The notes under the pieces were generated by a model. The model had not been told where the DNA came from and did not search any database. It saw only the letters and a list, made by a program, of their open reading frames with translations. Shown here piece after piece: positions 1-13,775 of a stretch of 64,000 bases of DNA. The DNA is from Azolla caroliniana (taxonomy: Eukaryota; Plantae; Polypodiophyta): assembly GCA_043228905.1 (NCBI GenBank), contig JBHGNT010000013.1, positions 7,564,001-7,628,000 of the forward strand, read 5' to 3'. The first letter of the stretch is position 1, and every line of letters begins with the position of its first letter. The position numbers and the translations under genes were made by a program.

Positions 1-1612
1 ACGCCTTTCTACAAGACAAGTTAAAAGAAGAGGTGTACATGGTGAACCACCCAGATTCATGTCAGCTACACATCCGATTGTTGTCTGCCAACTCAAAAAG
101 CCTCTCTACGGCCTGAAGCAGGCACCGAGAGCATGACATTCGAAGATAACGAATATCTTCATCAAATCGGCTTCAACATGTCCAAGTCCGACAACTCTCT
201 GTTCATCCAGAGTGACTCCAGAGGATAGGTATTTATCATCATTTATGTGGATGATTTGGTGATAGGAGGAGAGCATTTAGTGGTTATTGAGCACATCCAA
301 AAGATCCTCTCCAGTCGATTCGAAATGACCGATATGAAGGCGCTCCATTACTTTCTAGGAATAGAAGTAATTCGGACTCCAAACGGCATCATGCTTTCTC
401 AAAAGCACTATACCCTCAATCTTCTTTACAAGTTTGGGATCACACAGTGTAAGCCCGTCACTACTCCTCTTGATCGAAATCTAAATCTAGATGCCGACTC
501 AGGCACTAGAGAGTGTGAGCCGACGCATTATCGTCAACTAGTCGGAAGCCTCATCTACCTCACAATTACCCGACTCGACCTGAGTTGCCCGGTCGGCCTT
601 CTTTGTCAGTTTATGCAAACTCCGCGAGACATCCATCTCGACTGTGCTAAGCTAGTGCTAAGGTATGTGAGTGGAACCGTGGATTTCGGCATCCTTTACA
701 AATCGGCCACACCAATACGGCTCGAACGTTATACCAATGCCGACTGGGCCGGCTACAGAGCCAACCAATGATTGACATCTGGATTTATCTTTTCTCTCGG
801 CAGTGGCGCCATATTGTGGAGTAGTAAGAAACAGCAGATAGTCACACTGTCGAGCACCAAAGCTGAATACAGGGGCACGGTCGTAGCCGCATTCGAAGCT
901 GTTTGGCTCAAGAGAAACTCAAAGGATCTGGGCGTTCCTATCAAGGATCCGATTCTCCTCTACTGCGACAACATGAGCAGTATTCACCTTGCTCGGAACC
1001 CAATCTTCCATGTTCAAACTAAGCACATTGAAGTACACTACCACTTCATCCAAGAGCATGTTCTAGTCGGGAATGTCGACCTATAATACATTAGCACAAA
1101 CCTGCAGATGATCGACATCTTCACCAAGGCCCTAGGAATCGACAAGTTGCGGCAGTTCACGACCAACCTGGTTCTTTCGACCATTGACCAACCGAGCTTG
1201 AGGGGGAGCAATAGGACTACACCCGGCCATTTGAAGCCGTAGTCGTCTAGCCATCTCACAAAAACGACCCGAAGACCAACCCGAACCAACCATCCGGAAG
1301 CCGAAGCCGGAAGTTGTGTTTGAAGGGGCGTGTTGAGAATCAAACTCAACTTCCTGTGAGTGGGAACACACTCTAGGATACTCAAGTGTGTGAACACCCC
1401 ACCTCCTGTATAGTAACTAGTGTGTCATAGAAGTTAATGTCCCATGACACATATTCCTTAGGTAGTTAGGACACGACCTCTTTCCCAAGAGGTTGTACTA
1501 GTGAGAGAAATTAGAGAGAGGTGACTACATAAACACCTTCTCCCTCTTGTTGTAAACGTTGCTCATTCTTGCTTCCTTGTAATACAGTTTTTCTAATTTT
1601 TCTGTAATCGTG

Positions 1613-1664
<52 letters not shown>

Positions 1665-1728
1665 ACACACAAACACACACACACACACACAATTCTTCCA
1701 CTACACAGAATCCATCCAATTCTTTATA
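1..1728 (+). mobile_element. 3' part of a degenerate Ty1/copia LTR retrotransposon (RT, RNase H, PPT, 3' LTR 1331-~1728)
   Basis: YVDD RT region, ADWAG and SSKKQ...TKHIEVHYHF RNase H motifs in ORFs 247-771 and 772-1086, with stops. Purine tract TGAAGGGGCG is followed by TGTTGAGAAT at 1331. The LTR contains (CT)n/(CA)n and ends in a degenerate TTCTTTATA. Confidence 0.9.
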
Positions 1729-2523
1729 AAGACAAATCTGAACCATCTCATCTTCGTCCAGTGTCACGTTGATGAATTCCAAGGCATCACAGATCTCTTT
1801 AATCTTCGTGGTGTAGTTGGTCACCATCATATCCCTTTGTGGATATTGTTGAGCTCCTACTAAAGGTGCAGCTTACAGGCCGTGGTACTTGCGGCGAAAA
1901 TCTTTTTCAGATTCTCTCATGCCTCCTTTGACATCTTTGCATCTCGAATGTAGCACAGCATCTAGTCGTGCACACAGGATGCAAGGTAGGTGCTACTTCA
2001 TTCTTTCCATGGATGTAACTCCAATACCCTCCCAAGATGCGTAGTTGCTTCTATCCAACTTTTCTGTTTCAAGAGTTCTACCATTTCCTCTGTCCATGTT
2101 TCTATCTTTTCCTATGTATGGAAGTCGTTTTCTTGGTCTGTGTCGAAAAATTGTGTCCACTATAGAGGATTCTCCTAACCCTCGCGCTCAAATACCATGT
2201 AAAAAGTAATATGCGGAAGCACGTAGATAGACATAATGGGTTGAGCCAGACAAATAGTATGACACTTAGGTTACCACAAAGATGGAGATGGAGTATAGGG
2301 AGAGGGGGAGAGAGAGAGAGAGAGAGAGAGTACTCAGAACAAAGAAAACTTCTGTTACAAAATTTGTCGACATTTTTACAATGTGCTCATAGACCACCTT
2401 ATATACAAATAATACTAGCACAAGTACTATGAACTCATTCATGAGCTCTGACACCTAATTGACCTATTATAGTCCTATGATTATACTAGGTCCTATCTGG
2501 CCCTACGACCCTACATTCTAACA
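1729..2523 (-). mobile_element. 5' remnant of a copia element: 5' LTR (2198-2523), Met-tRNA PBS, degenerate gag
   Basis: The minus strand reads TGTTAGAA...TTTTTACA, then TGGTATTTGAGCGCGAGG (variant of the TGGTATCAGAGC PBS). Gag remnants ENLKKIFAAST...ELNNI...KIKEICDAL...EMVQICL are homologous to gag at 6347 and 31673. Confidence 0.8.
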
Positions 2524-2890
2524 GCTTATAGCCAATTCGAACTATTAAAGCTAGATCCTAATGTAAGCATAAGATAAGGAAATATATTAGATAGATAGAA
2601 AAGAAATGAGAGAGAGAAAGAAGGGTGTTGATCCACCCGACCACCCCCAAGCGAAGGGATCGAGATGGACTCGAGCCTCGATCGGCATCCCATACCACCG
2701 TCATGGCATCGAGTCGTACATGGTACTGGCACCCTCACTTCAAGAGTTGATCACCATGAGGACAGAATCTCGATGTAGTCGATAATGTGTCAAATGAGGG
2801 TAGTTAGGCCTCATACTTATAGCCAAACCTAAGGCCCCCAAGCAAGTTCACACTTGACCTTAATGGGTTGTCTCAATTCCAAAGTAATCC

Positions 2891-3128
2891 TTCCCTTCTT
2901 TACCCTCTCATTTAACTCTCACAATTTATCCATGTGTATAGAATACTACGGTACAATCTTACCATGGGATATTAAATGGCCATGCCCGTAACACAACCCT
3001 ATGACCTTTCCCTTCTTTACCCTCTTGTTTAACCCTCACAAGTTATCCACGCATATAGAATACTACGGTACAATCTTACCACGGAATATTATATGGTCAT
3101 GCTCGTAACACGATCCTATGGCCTTTCC
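2891..3128. repeat. Tandem duplication of about 117 bp inside an LTR-like remnant
   Basis: TTCCCTTCTTTACCCTCT...GAATACTACGGTACAATCTTACCA starts at both 2891 and 3008. The segment ends at ~3205 in GATCTTGTCATCTCAACA, the terminus type of the local copia LTR family. Confidence 0.75.
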
Positions 3129-3205
3129 AGCCTCTACGGCCTTTTTAGCTTCCAGTTGATCCGGCTTCCAGGTTCCAGCCTTCTGTTGATCTTGTCATCT
3201 CAACA

Positions 3206-3631
3206 ATTAGCCACTGACATATCCTTCTATCAAATATTGTTGAGCTCTTGTCTAAGCTGCAACTTCTTGACCATGGTGTGGGCGGCAAAAATCTTCTTCA
3301 AATTTTCCGATGCCTCTTTTGGCATCTTTACATCTTTGATGTTGCCAAGTATCTGATCTTGCACATAGGAAGCTAGACAATAAAGCACCTTGCTTGCTAC
3401 CTGCTCTTATACCAGGAAATCCTTATGTGTCGGCTCCACCGCTACATCGTTTACTCCATCTATATAACTCCAATAACCATGTCCAAGTAGATATTGGTGC
3501 ATCTTGTACTCCCAAGTTGCATAGTTACTAGCTTCTCTATCGAGAGTGCACTTCCCATGTTTCTGTCCATTCTTGTTGTTGGTTAGTCTCAGTTGCAGAG
3601 GATTAGTTTATACCCTCGCACTCTTGTACCA
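3206..3631 (-). mobile_element. Degenerate copia gag fragment and PBS
   Basis: The minus strand translates to YATWEYKMHQYLLGHGYWSYIDG...ENLKKIFAA. A PBS-like TGGTACAAGAGTGCGAGG abuts the LTR at 3632. Confidence 0.8.
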
Positions 3632-3783
3632 TGTAAAGAAACACGATTGGGTTCTGTAGCAGAAGTTGGTGCACATTTGGCTCAGTCGCACCGAGTAGTA
3701 TACCACAAAGATGGAACAAAGAAGTAGAAAACAGAAATGGAGATGGAGACAGAGTAGAGATTAAGACAACAGTAATACGTGAA

Positions 3784-3843
<60 letters not shown>
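3632..3843 (-). repeat. First half of a copia 5' LTR, interrupted at its (GA)n tract; second half at 27137-27377
   Basis: TGTAAAGAA terminus next to the PBS. The (GA)n tract lies at the break point. Confidence 0.65.
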
Positions 3844-3844
<1 letters not shown>

Positions 3845-3846
<2 letters not shown>

Positions 3847-5806
3847 GTAGATAGATAGATAGATTATATTATCTTCTTCAGAGGAATATGACCTATGAGA
3901 CCAAAAATATTACATTTCACGTGATATGTGTGAAAGTGAGTAGTGACTCTCAATGTTCAAGAACTTTACCAATGAATGCTGCAATCGAGAGTGCACATTG
4001 TGGTTGTGAGAGAAATTCGTGCAAGGATTGTGCTCGGTTGAAGAGATGTGGAAAGCATGGTCAAATATGATCAAAAGCAAAGCATTGTATCAAAATGTGA
4101 TACTCAGACTCACGAATTTGTTTAGGGTAAAGTGTGCATAGCTGACCACTCTCATCATTTGTGCCCCAACGCCCCATCTCACATCGTAATACATGTGAGC
4201 TAAGTCGCATGGAATCAATGGTTCGAATGGCAGATAACAGGATGGGCTCAAACATGTATCAATGTGTACGGTTTCCCCATTCCGCAAAGAATATGGTTTT
4301 GTAGTTAGGTGTAACATGTGTAGTATAATGTGTGAAGCATGAGCCTCCACATTTGTTTACTTCCCAGGCAATTCTAGGAAGTCGATGTGAGAGGCTTTTT
4401 GAACCTTAAGCATGTATTCAACAAACCTTTCCATAGCCATGATCTCAATGGGAAGCGATCCCATCTCGAGGAGGATGAGGGTGTAGGGCAATTGTTTCTT
4501 AACTTGTAGAAACTTTGTAAGAAAATGTTTTTGGACATTTTCAAACTCTTTCCACGTAGATTAAGGTATGCTACCACCCCATAGAGAAGAATCGGTGTCA
4601 CCAAAGTGTCGAAAAGATATTTCTTGAGGACCCAACCTTTAATATCTCCAAGATTGCATGTGTTCTCAAATGCATAGTATGCTAGTTTACCCAGGCCCTC
4701 TTAGCGGCATGTAACACATTCATTCCATCTATAATTTGAAGGAACTTCAAGGCCAAGATATTTGAAGCTTTCCACACATTCAAATGGCTCTTTGTTGTAC
4801 GTTGTGCATGGTTTATCTCTTTTTTGGCTCTTCACAAGCATAATTTTTGTTTTAGAGCTATTGACACTTAATTTAGTATGCATGCAAAATTTAATTTAAT
4901 GTATTTTTGTTTATTTAGATCTTTAATTAGTTTGATTTAAGTGGTTAGGCTTAAATTTTTTATTAAATGGTTCGGTTTGGTTTTAACTTTTCCCTGAACG
5001 GTTTGGTTTTAAATGGTTTGGTTTCAACTTTTTCTTAAATGGTTTGGTTTAAATACTGAGGGTTCATAAACGGTTTGGTTTGGTTTTTGTTTTAAGTAAA
5101 CAGTTTGGTTTCGGTTCGGTTCGGTTTCTTTGCCTTTAAACCGAACTGAACCGAAATCGAACCGAGCCCATTGCTAATGGTGTTTGCGAAAACCAGCTTG
5201 CCCACAAGCTCTCTTACCATTTTTTTTTCAGACCATACACTTATCTTCGATTCCATTATACATCCAAATAGTTTTGTCATTAATGAGCCAACCATGATGG
5301 TTCGATAGTTGTTTACATTATTTACATCTCCACCTTTATGTAAAGGTTTGATCCAATTTGTAGTCCAATCATACGGCATACCATGTTGCAATGCATCATT
5401 TAACATATCACTTTATCCATACATGTGCTTCCTTTCCTGTCCATTTGAGCATTTTAGCCTTTATACATTGAAGATTGCTTGCCTTTCGAGAGGCCAATTT
5501 ATTAAGTCCTATCCATATAACTTCAATTGTAAAGAAGGGAGACATATGTGAAAGAGAACCATAACACATTATCTTTCCGGCAAGAGATTACTCATATAAA
5601 TTCTTACAATGTATAGACAAGTCTTGAAGAGTTAAGTCACCGTAACTCTCAACACGTTTCCCCATTAGATTTCCCCAAAATTTAGCACATGCATGTGCTT
5701 TCTCTTGCATTTGGATAAATTGTTGAGTAACTTCCCATATTCTTCTCTTTCTTTGAATAAGACTTTTAATACTCATGCAAATGCTTTTGGTAATTGTCTT
5801 TATCCT
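3845..5806 (-). mobile_element. Non-LTR retrotransposon (RTEX/L2-CR1-like LINE), RT and 3' portion, degenerate
   Basis: WIKPLHKGGD...NNYRTIMVG, GQAGFRKH, LSVNSSKTKIM...VESFKYLG, VTPILLYG, C-terminal RLSSHVLRCEMGRW...C...ESEYHILIQC. Short (ATCT)n tail at ~3845-3865. Confidence 0.85.
4891..5176 (-). mobile_element. Truncated MITE or hAT-like end with GGTTT/AACCG subterminal repeats, replacing the LINE RT core
   Basis: Dense GGTTCGGTTT/AACCGA motifs. The minus strand starts TAGCAATGGGCTCGGTTCG right after the LINE codons GQAGFRKHH. The central RT motifs are missing across this segment. Confidence 0.55.
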
Positions 5807-6346
5807 TGTTGAGAGACAAGCTCAACATTGGGAGCATAAACGGGTGCGTAACCCAATGCGTAGACTGGGTGTGTAAAAACGTGCGCAAAATATGGTCATA
5901 GCGGTATGTAAACCGAGAGGCCATTAAAATGTTATTCCTCGTAAGGAATAATTTTGGGGGTAAGTGTAGGATGCTCATTTATGAGGAGTCAGGTACTGTA
6001 AGTACTTGTGTCAGCCCGATAGTCAGGGCTTGTATAAAAGGTGCTCACTGAGCACCAAGTATGTACAGAGAACATACAGAGAATTATTTTGAATATAGTT
6101 ATGTTTCTGCTCTCTCTATCTCTATCTCTATCTCTCCCTCTCCTTCTCTGTGTTTTCTGTGTTTTATCCAAATGTCGTAATTCCGAACCGTGTACTTAGT
6201 GTCTTACACATACGCTTCAGCACATGTATTCTTTTACATGGTATCAGAGCGCGAGGGTTGAGACTCCTCTGCTGCCGACAGAAAAGCTTGCAATAAAGAT
6301 AGAGTTAAGTTATTGTTTTTTTCTTCGGAACGGATAAGACAACAGT

Positions 6347-9300
6347 ATGGATAGAGAAATGGGAAGCTCGCTACCGACTGAGAAGCTCGACAGGAGCAAA
6401 TATGCATCTTGGTCATACAAGATGCACCAGTATCTGCTTGCTCATGGTTACTTGAGTTATGTTGATGGAGTTAATGATGCAGCACCTAAATCGACACACA
6501 TAGATTTTTTGGCTTGGGAACAAGCGGCAAGCAAAGTTCTTTATTGCTTCGCGTCCTGTGTGAGCGACCAGCTCTTGAGGTACATTCGGGATGTTAAGAC
6601 GCCAAAGGATGCATGGGCACAAGCGCAATAGCCAGGAAGCTATAGCTCAAACAGGAGCTCAACAATGTCCGACAAAAATATCTGTCTGTGGCCGATTACA
6701 CGGCCCGAATCAAGGAGATCTATGACTCTCTTTCCTCCATCAACGTGAATGTCGAGGTGCACGAAATGGTGCACGTTTGTCTTGGTGGGTTGGCGTCAAA
6801 GTTCGGAGCGTTCTAGACAGTGGTCTACACAAGGGAGATTATGCCTTTGTTCTTCGAGCTTCAATCGATGTTGCTCGTGGAGGAAAATCACGCGGGTGCG
6901 TCAACGAGTACGCACACCGACAGCAAGATAGGTCCCCTAGTCGTGGTGGATTAGGCGGATCAGGCACAATGGAGGCATCTGAAAAGAGCAAAATGTGTGG
7001 CATAAGCAAAATGCCGGAAGCAATTCTGAACCCTCTAGAAGCAGGGGGAGTCATAGCGGCACCGGAAGTCGCCAAGAGAAGGCCACGACGGAATGTTGGT
7101 ATTGTGGCAAGAAAGGCCACAGGGAGAGCAAGTGCTAGAACAAGAGACCAGATTTGGACAAAGCTGAATCGAGCGGAAGAGACGCAGGAAGACGTCAAAA
7201 ATCGCACTACGCGAAAGGCTCCAAACAAGCCGGAAATGGATCAGGCCCAACCTTTGTAATGAAGCACAAGGCCAATTCGATGGTCGTTAACACCTCAAAA
7301 TCGAGCGAGGTGTGGTATGTTGATTCTGGAGCATCAAATCATATGACGAGTCATGAGGAATGGTTCTCGTATTTGGAGAAACCGGAAAAGCAAGGAGTGG
7401 TCGAAACGGGAGACGACACTCTGCATACCATCGAACATGTTGGAGAACTTCCTCTCAGCCACATCGGGAAAAAAGGGAAACTTATGAACATGTTGCATGT
7501 CCCGACAATAACCAAGAACCTGGTGTCGGTCAGTCAGATCGTCGACCAGGGGATGCAAGTTCGATTCACAAACCTCGGGTGCTACATCGAAGAGGAAGGC
7601 CAAGTTATCGCGCAAGGGCACCGTGAAGGGAGGATGTTCATCCTCGAAACTAATCAAGCTGGAACCGCGTTGTTCACGAAAGGACAGAAGGTCGAGTCGG
7701 ACATTGACCTGTGGCACAAGCGGTTCGGCCATGTTAACTTCCCACGGCTTCGTGAAATGCAAACGAAGAACATTGTTTTCGGTTTGCCAAAATTTTGGGG
7801 CCGTAATGGCCAAGTCTACGAAGCTTGCCAACTAGGGAAGCAGCACCGACTTCCATTCCCCAATGAGCGTATTCGTAGTCGAAATCCATTGGATTTGATC
7901 CATTAAAATGTATGGGGACTAGCACAGAATGTGATTCTCGGTGGAAGCCGTTACTTCATAACCCTCATCGATGACTTCACTCGGCATACTTGGGCGTGCT
8001 TGAACGCGAAAAAGAACTAAGTCTTCGTGTGGTTCCTGAAGGTGAAAAACCTTGCGGAAAGGGAAACAGGGCATAAGATCAAGTGCTTATGGTCCAATGG
8101 CGGGAAGGAGTACTTCTCCGACCAGTTCACGAGTTATCTACAAAAGGAGGGAACTCGACACGAATTCTCGTGTAGATATACGCCGGAGCAGAACGACGTA
8201 GCCCGAGCGGAAGAATCGGACAATCGAAGAAGTGGCCAAGGCATATGCTTGAAGAGAAGCATATGCTGAAGTTTTACTAGGCTGAAGCCTTAAGGACGGT
8301 TGTTTATTTGCAGAATTGGACTTCTGCTAATGGAGGAGTGTCGCCACACGAGTTGTATTTCGGAAAGAAGCCGAACTTGGCACATTTGAGGATTTTCGGT
8401 AGCATTGCGTATGTGAATGTGCCGAAGGAGAAGAGGAGGAAGTTGGATACCAAAGCCGAGAAGTGTATCTTGGTCGGCTATTCAGACGAGCAGAAGGGGT
8501 ATAAGTGCTATAACCCTCGGACAAAGGAACTTCGCGTAAGTCGAGATGTCGTATTCGACGATTCTGCATCGTGGTACTTGCCTTCACCTCCAATACCTCA
8601 TGACTCCAGTCCAAATTCTGAAGAAGAGATCAACGAGGCCGAGCTACCGCCACGCGATGAGGAAATCGGAGCTCTAACAGAGAGTCCGATCTCATTTCGG
8701 CTAAGCGGGCGGAATGAGGAGTTGGGCCGAAATGGCCAACCAAATGAAGACCCGATGAGTAGTAGAGACTCAGTCGTGTTGTCCCTGCGTAAAGAACCGA
8801 GGAGACGGTTTACACGTAAAGAAAAAGGGAAGAAGAAAATGTTGGAATACAATTTCGGCAGTGCCGAGTCAAATCTGAGCGAATCTGACTTCAGGCCAAT
8901 CGAGAAGGCACCTCCGCGGAAGAGGTCAAAATCGACCGAAAAGGTTGTGAAATCGGGTAATCACGAATTATGCCGATCTACCCGCCTGAAGAACCCCATA
9001 AAGAGGTATGGGTACAATGAATACATGGTGCACCATTACGCGTACATGACACAAGTGGCGGAAGTGCGTGAGCCGGAGAGCTACGCAGAAGCGGCGGAAG
9101 ACGCAAATTGGCGTGTTGCGATGCAGGAAGAGAAGCGCGCATTATCGGACAACGAGACTTGGGACCTGGTTGACGCACCTAAAGGTGTTAAGTAGATCGG
9201 ATGCAGATGGGTATTTAAAGTGAAATACAACACCCACGGCTCGATCAACCGATATATGGCCCATTTGGTTGCGAAAGGCTATTCATAGAAGCACGGTGTC

Positions 9301-10166
9301 GATTACGACGAGACCTTCGCGCTTGTCACGAAGGTGACTACCGTGCCAGTTCTGCTAGTCGTAGCTACAGCGAAGGGATGGCATCTACATCAAATGGATG
9401 TAAAGAATGTTTTCCTGCAAGGTAATCTTGAGGTAACAGGTGTACATGGTACAGCCCCCCGGATTTCTATCCGAACGGAACACTTTGGCAGTCTGCCAAT
9501 TGAAGACGACATTATACGGCCTTAAGCAAGCCCCGCAAGCTTGGAACGCGAAGATTACGCAACTACTGCGTAGAATGGGGTTTACAACGTCCAAATCAAA
9601 CTCCTCGTTGTTCGTTTGGCAAGGTCGCCATGGAACGGTTTGTCTTTTACTTTATGTTGATGATTTAGTCATCGTCGGTGCCGACCTGGAAGAAATCGGC
9701 CACATAAAGTCTCAGCTTGCGGCATCGTTCGAAATGAAGGATCTTGGTGACCTTCATTACTTCCTCGGGATCGAAGTGATACGTTCCCCCAAAGGCATAT
9801 TGATCAGTCAACGTCATTATGCATTGAATATGCTCTTCAAGTTCAGGATGGCAGATTGTAAGCCCATCTCGACCCCTCTGGATAGAAACGTAAAGCTTCG
9901 CTGAGATTCGACAAAGGCGTGCGACCCGACACAGTTTTGACATATTGTCGGCCAGACCACAGCTACCCGGTCGGAATGATCAGTCAATTTATGTTATAGC
10001 CCACGATCCAACACCTTCAATGCGCGCAAAGGATATTATGATATGTCATCGGCACGAAAGACATGTCGTTGTTGTATGATGCAGACGTAACTGAGCAGTT
10101 GGCCGGCTACACGGATGTCGATTGGGCCGGAAATGCCCACGATCGTAGATCCACATCCAGATACGC
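6347..10166 (+). pseudogene. Copia A gag-pol: gag, protease (WYVDSGASNHMT), GAG-pre-integrase, integrase, RT, start of RNase H
   Basis: Fragmented ORFs 6347-6631, 7154-7906, 8027-8269, 8308-9195 and 9440-9904 with stops and frameshifts. YVDD motif present. Confidence 0.93.
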
Positions 10167-13100
10167 TATCTTGATGTTGCGTGTCCAATGGGAGAAATTG
10201 TTAAATAGTGTAATTCCACGCACATGACACAAATGATTATAAATAGTGTAATTATCCTAGGGCCTAGTGCATATAGAGGGGTGCATGCAAGCAAGATTTG
10301 AACCTTGCACCTCCAAGGTAGAAGACATTTATCTTACCATTAGGGCTACAACCATACAAAACTGTGTGCATCAAACCGTGTTCCAAGCCCATGGTTTTGT
10401 GCATGCCACAAGAAAAAACCGTGTGCCCAAAAACCATGGGTCCAAGCCCATGGTTTTGTGCATGTTAGAAGCATGGATAGACCTATAAAAACCCTCGTAA
10501 GGCTTGTGTAAAGGAGGGGCTCAATATGTGAAATCACCACCATCATCATCATCAATAATATAATATTCTTCTTGACATCTATCTTCTTCTAATTTATCTT
10601 CTTCTCAAGTATAAAAATCTTTAATCTTCTCAAGTGTGACATTACTTTCCTCGACTCCTACATACACATCGTCGTCTTTTCGATAAATTCGTGAACGTCC
10701 TCCTTGGTCCATGGCCCCGGTGGTCCAGCTCGAGTGAAGCACGCACGTACGCGAGCATCTTCGCGACATCTTTTGGTGAACTTGACCTGAAGAGCGGCAG
10801 GGGAGGATGAAGATGGACGAGGAATATCTCATGGAGGCAATGTCAAAGATGATAATGGAACTTTCAAGAGAAGGGAAAAGACGAGATATGGCGTAACAAG
10901 CCATCGAGAGCGTGGTCAAGCGAGTCGGCTATTTTAACGGTGCAAAAGTCCAATATATTCTAAAAGTCTACAATGCCGAGATGGATTTGAGAGGTGTGAA
11001 CGAAGCTATGAGGCTGGAGTACTTTTGTCGGGTGGTGGCTGAACCAATCTACAAAGAGGTAGAAGAGCTTCGAGAAGCTCATGATTCGTGGGTGACTTTC
11101 AAGGAGGCTCTATTGAAGGCATATGGCTACGAGAGACCGAAGGGACGAGGTCGGCGTGAGTTCGACCAATGGGTGGCATCAGTGAAGACCCACCAAGGTG
11201 TGACACAAGCATTCCTAGACTTCGAGCGTCTTTTTTCTCAATTTTCGAAGTAGGAACAAAAATTGGTGGGGGTGGATAAGGTCTTGTTGTTCCTGAAGTC
11301 GATCGATCAAAGGGAAAGGATGGCCATTGGACTCAAACTCGAAGAAGATTATGGTGCAAATGGCCTCACCGAGGATTGGAGAAAAGTGGAAAGAGTATGC
11401 CGACTACATGATAAGAGGAAGACGATATTCTCTTTAGCAACAACACAACCCACGAGGGATGGTGAAAGGAGGACAGGATGCGACTACACACAACCACCCA
11501 AAGAAGAAATCTTGAAAATGGAAGGTTCGACGGTACTCGACATAGAGGCATTCGTAAATGAGGCATATGAGAGTTTAAAGGTGCAAGTCAAGGCCAAAGA
11601 GAAGCCTAGAATGGAGCCAAAACCAAGGCAATTGGTGATCAAGGAAGAGGAGACCTCTCGAAAAATGCGAACTAATGATACGGCCAATACGAAGGCCCAG
11701 GTTCGGTACGACAATACCACGGGAGAAGGTGTGAAACAAGCCACCTTCTCGACTTACGGAGGAACGACAGTCAAGAGAAAGGCCAAAGACTCGAGAGCGG
11801 GAAATGTTGGTTTAAGAGTGGACGAGCATTTTGGAACACATGTTGTGTCTGAAATATCAAGTGATGAAGGTGCAAGCATGAGCAAAGCTTGCGTGATCGA
11901 GGGATGTAAAGAGTGTGAGGTCAACATGATCAAGGGGTTAGCCACGAGGAACGACATCGAGTCGCAAATGGCTATGGAAGAGTCCACGGTGGATGACCGT
12001 GTCGAGACTTTCCCAACACTTGATCTAGAGACTTGGGCAGTTGCGTCCGAGAGCCAGCATGAGACCCAAGAGACGGAAAGTGGTGGGGAGGCAAATATTG
12101 AAGAAAATGTGAATAACAACAATGAGCGAAAGATGGCTATGGATGAGAAGACGGTGACCAATGGTGCCGAGGTTCTCCCCACAATTGTTCCTGAGACTTC
12201 GGCAGTTGTGCCCGATTGCCAACGTGAGACCGGAGAGACGAAAGGTGGCGACAAAAAATTGAAGGACCGAAAAGGCGATGAGGACGATGAGATGAATGAC
12301 CACAGACGAAGGGATCCCTCCACATTGGTTTTGGAGACTTCGGCAGTTGTGTCCTAGACCCAACATAAGACCGGAGAGATGGATGGCGGCCGCGAGGAGA
12401 TGAGGATCAAAGCCAGTGCATACGGAGGAATGGTGACCAATAAGGAGGCCAAGAACAAAGCTACAATAAAGTTCTATGAAGAGCTAGAGAGCGGCAAGAA
12501 AGGAAGAACCGGAAGACGACCCAGATGGAAAATGGCACGGTTGGTATTCTGACCTGAACGGGAACTAATCGATCAGGCCCGACCCAACCGAAACCCGGAC
12601 GGAAGTCATTCATCTGAGTCCGATTCGGCCGAATGCAAATTTGGACGAACGCTGACCAAGCGAGAAGTTGATTAGTTGAGACCGATCCAGACAAAAGTTG
12701 AGCCGACCTAGCCATAGGTTGAAGCAGACGAGCCACGACACTCGGTCAAGGCTAGTGAGCATGAGGAAAGGCAAGCATGACACGAGAAAGGCTGATCGGA
12801 GGAAGTTTGATGACAAAGGAGATGGTCTGCATGAAGGTGGCACATGTACAAGGCATGAAGGGTTACGCTCAAGTGGAGCAAAAGGGGCTATGCCAAGTGG
12901 TCATGGCAATGCGAAGGACGAGCGAATGATATGGTTGATCAAGTGGCGATGATGGTTTGGGTGGAAGGAATGCATGTGCTCAAAATGGAGGACAAAGGCC
13001 GACGCAAGCAAGGCGTAAGAAAGAAAGAAATCAAAGGCCAACCACCTTTGATTCCACCACATCACTCTTTTCTTCTTGGCACATGTCAGAGGACGTGCGG

Positions 13101-13538
13101 TTTGGTGGGGGTGGATGTCATGATGTTGTGTGTCCAATGGGAGAAATTGTGAAATAGTGTAGTTCCACACACATTACACAAATGATTATAAATATGAAAA
13201 TTATCGTAGGGCCTAGTGCATATAGAGGGGTGCAAGCAAGATTTAAACCTTGCACCTCCAAGATAGAAGCCATTTATCTTACCATTAGGGCTACTACCAA
13301 GTATTTTAAATGTTATGTATTTCTTTTCATATTCAAAAGGCATAGGAAAACAACCGTCCAAAACCATGTGCACAAAACCATGTTCCAAACCCATGGTTTT
13401 GTGCATGCCACAAGAAAAACCGTGTGCCCAAAAACCATGGGTCCAAGCCCATGGTTTTGTAAATGTTAGAAGCATGGATAGACCTATAAAAACCCTCAAA
13501 AGGCTTGTGTAAAGAGGGGGCTCAATATGTGAAATCAC

Positions 13539-13573
<35 letters not shown>

Positions 13574-13775
13574 ATAATATAATATTCTTCTTGACATATG
13601 TCTTCTTCTAATTTATCTTCTTCTTGAGTATAAAAATATTTGTTCTTTTCAAATATGATATTGGTTCCCTGACTCGTACATATGCATCGTCATCTTAATC
13701 TCCCACTTCCGCACCTCTAGTGGCCCTAGTGGTTCCGCTCAAGCAAAGCATGCACGCACATGCATCTTCGCGACA
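10167..13775 (+). mobile_element. Non-autonomous gag-only Ty3/gypsy element B
   Basis: LTRs 10167-10768 and 13116-13775. 4-bp TSD ACGC. PBS TGGTGAACTTGACCTGA (tRNA-Trp type) at 10774. PPT TTTGGTGGGGGTGGA at 13101. Gag-like ORFs 10912-12357 and no pol. Confidence 0.9.
10912..12357 (+). pseudogene. Gypsy-type Gag N-terminal domain plus acidic repeat tail (element B), one in-frame stop
   Basis: FNGAKV..L..Y.AEM and DKVLLFLKSID...GLTEDW match Gag of element C. Followed by E/T-rich ETSAV repeats. Confidence 0.8.
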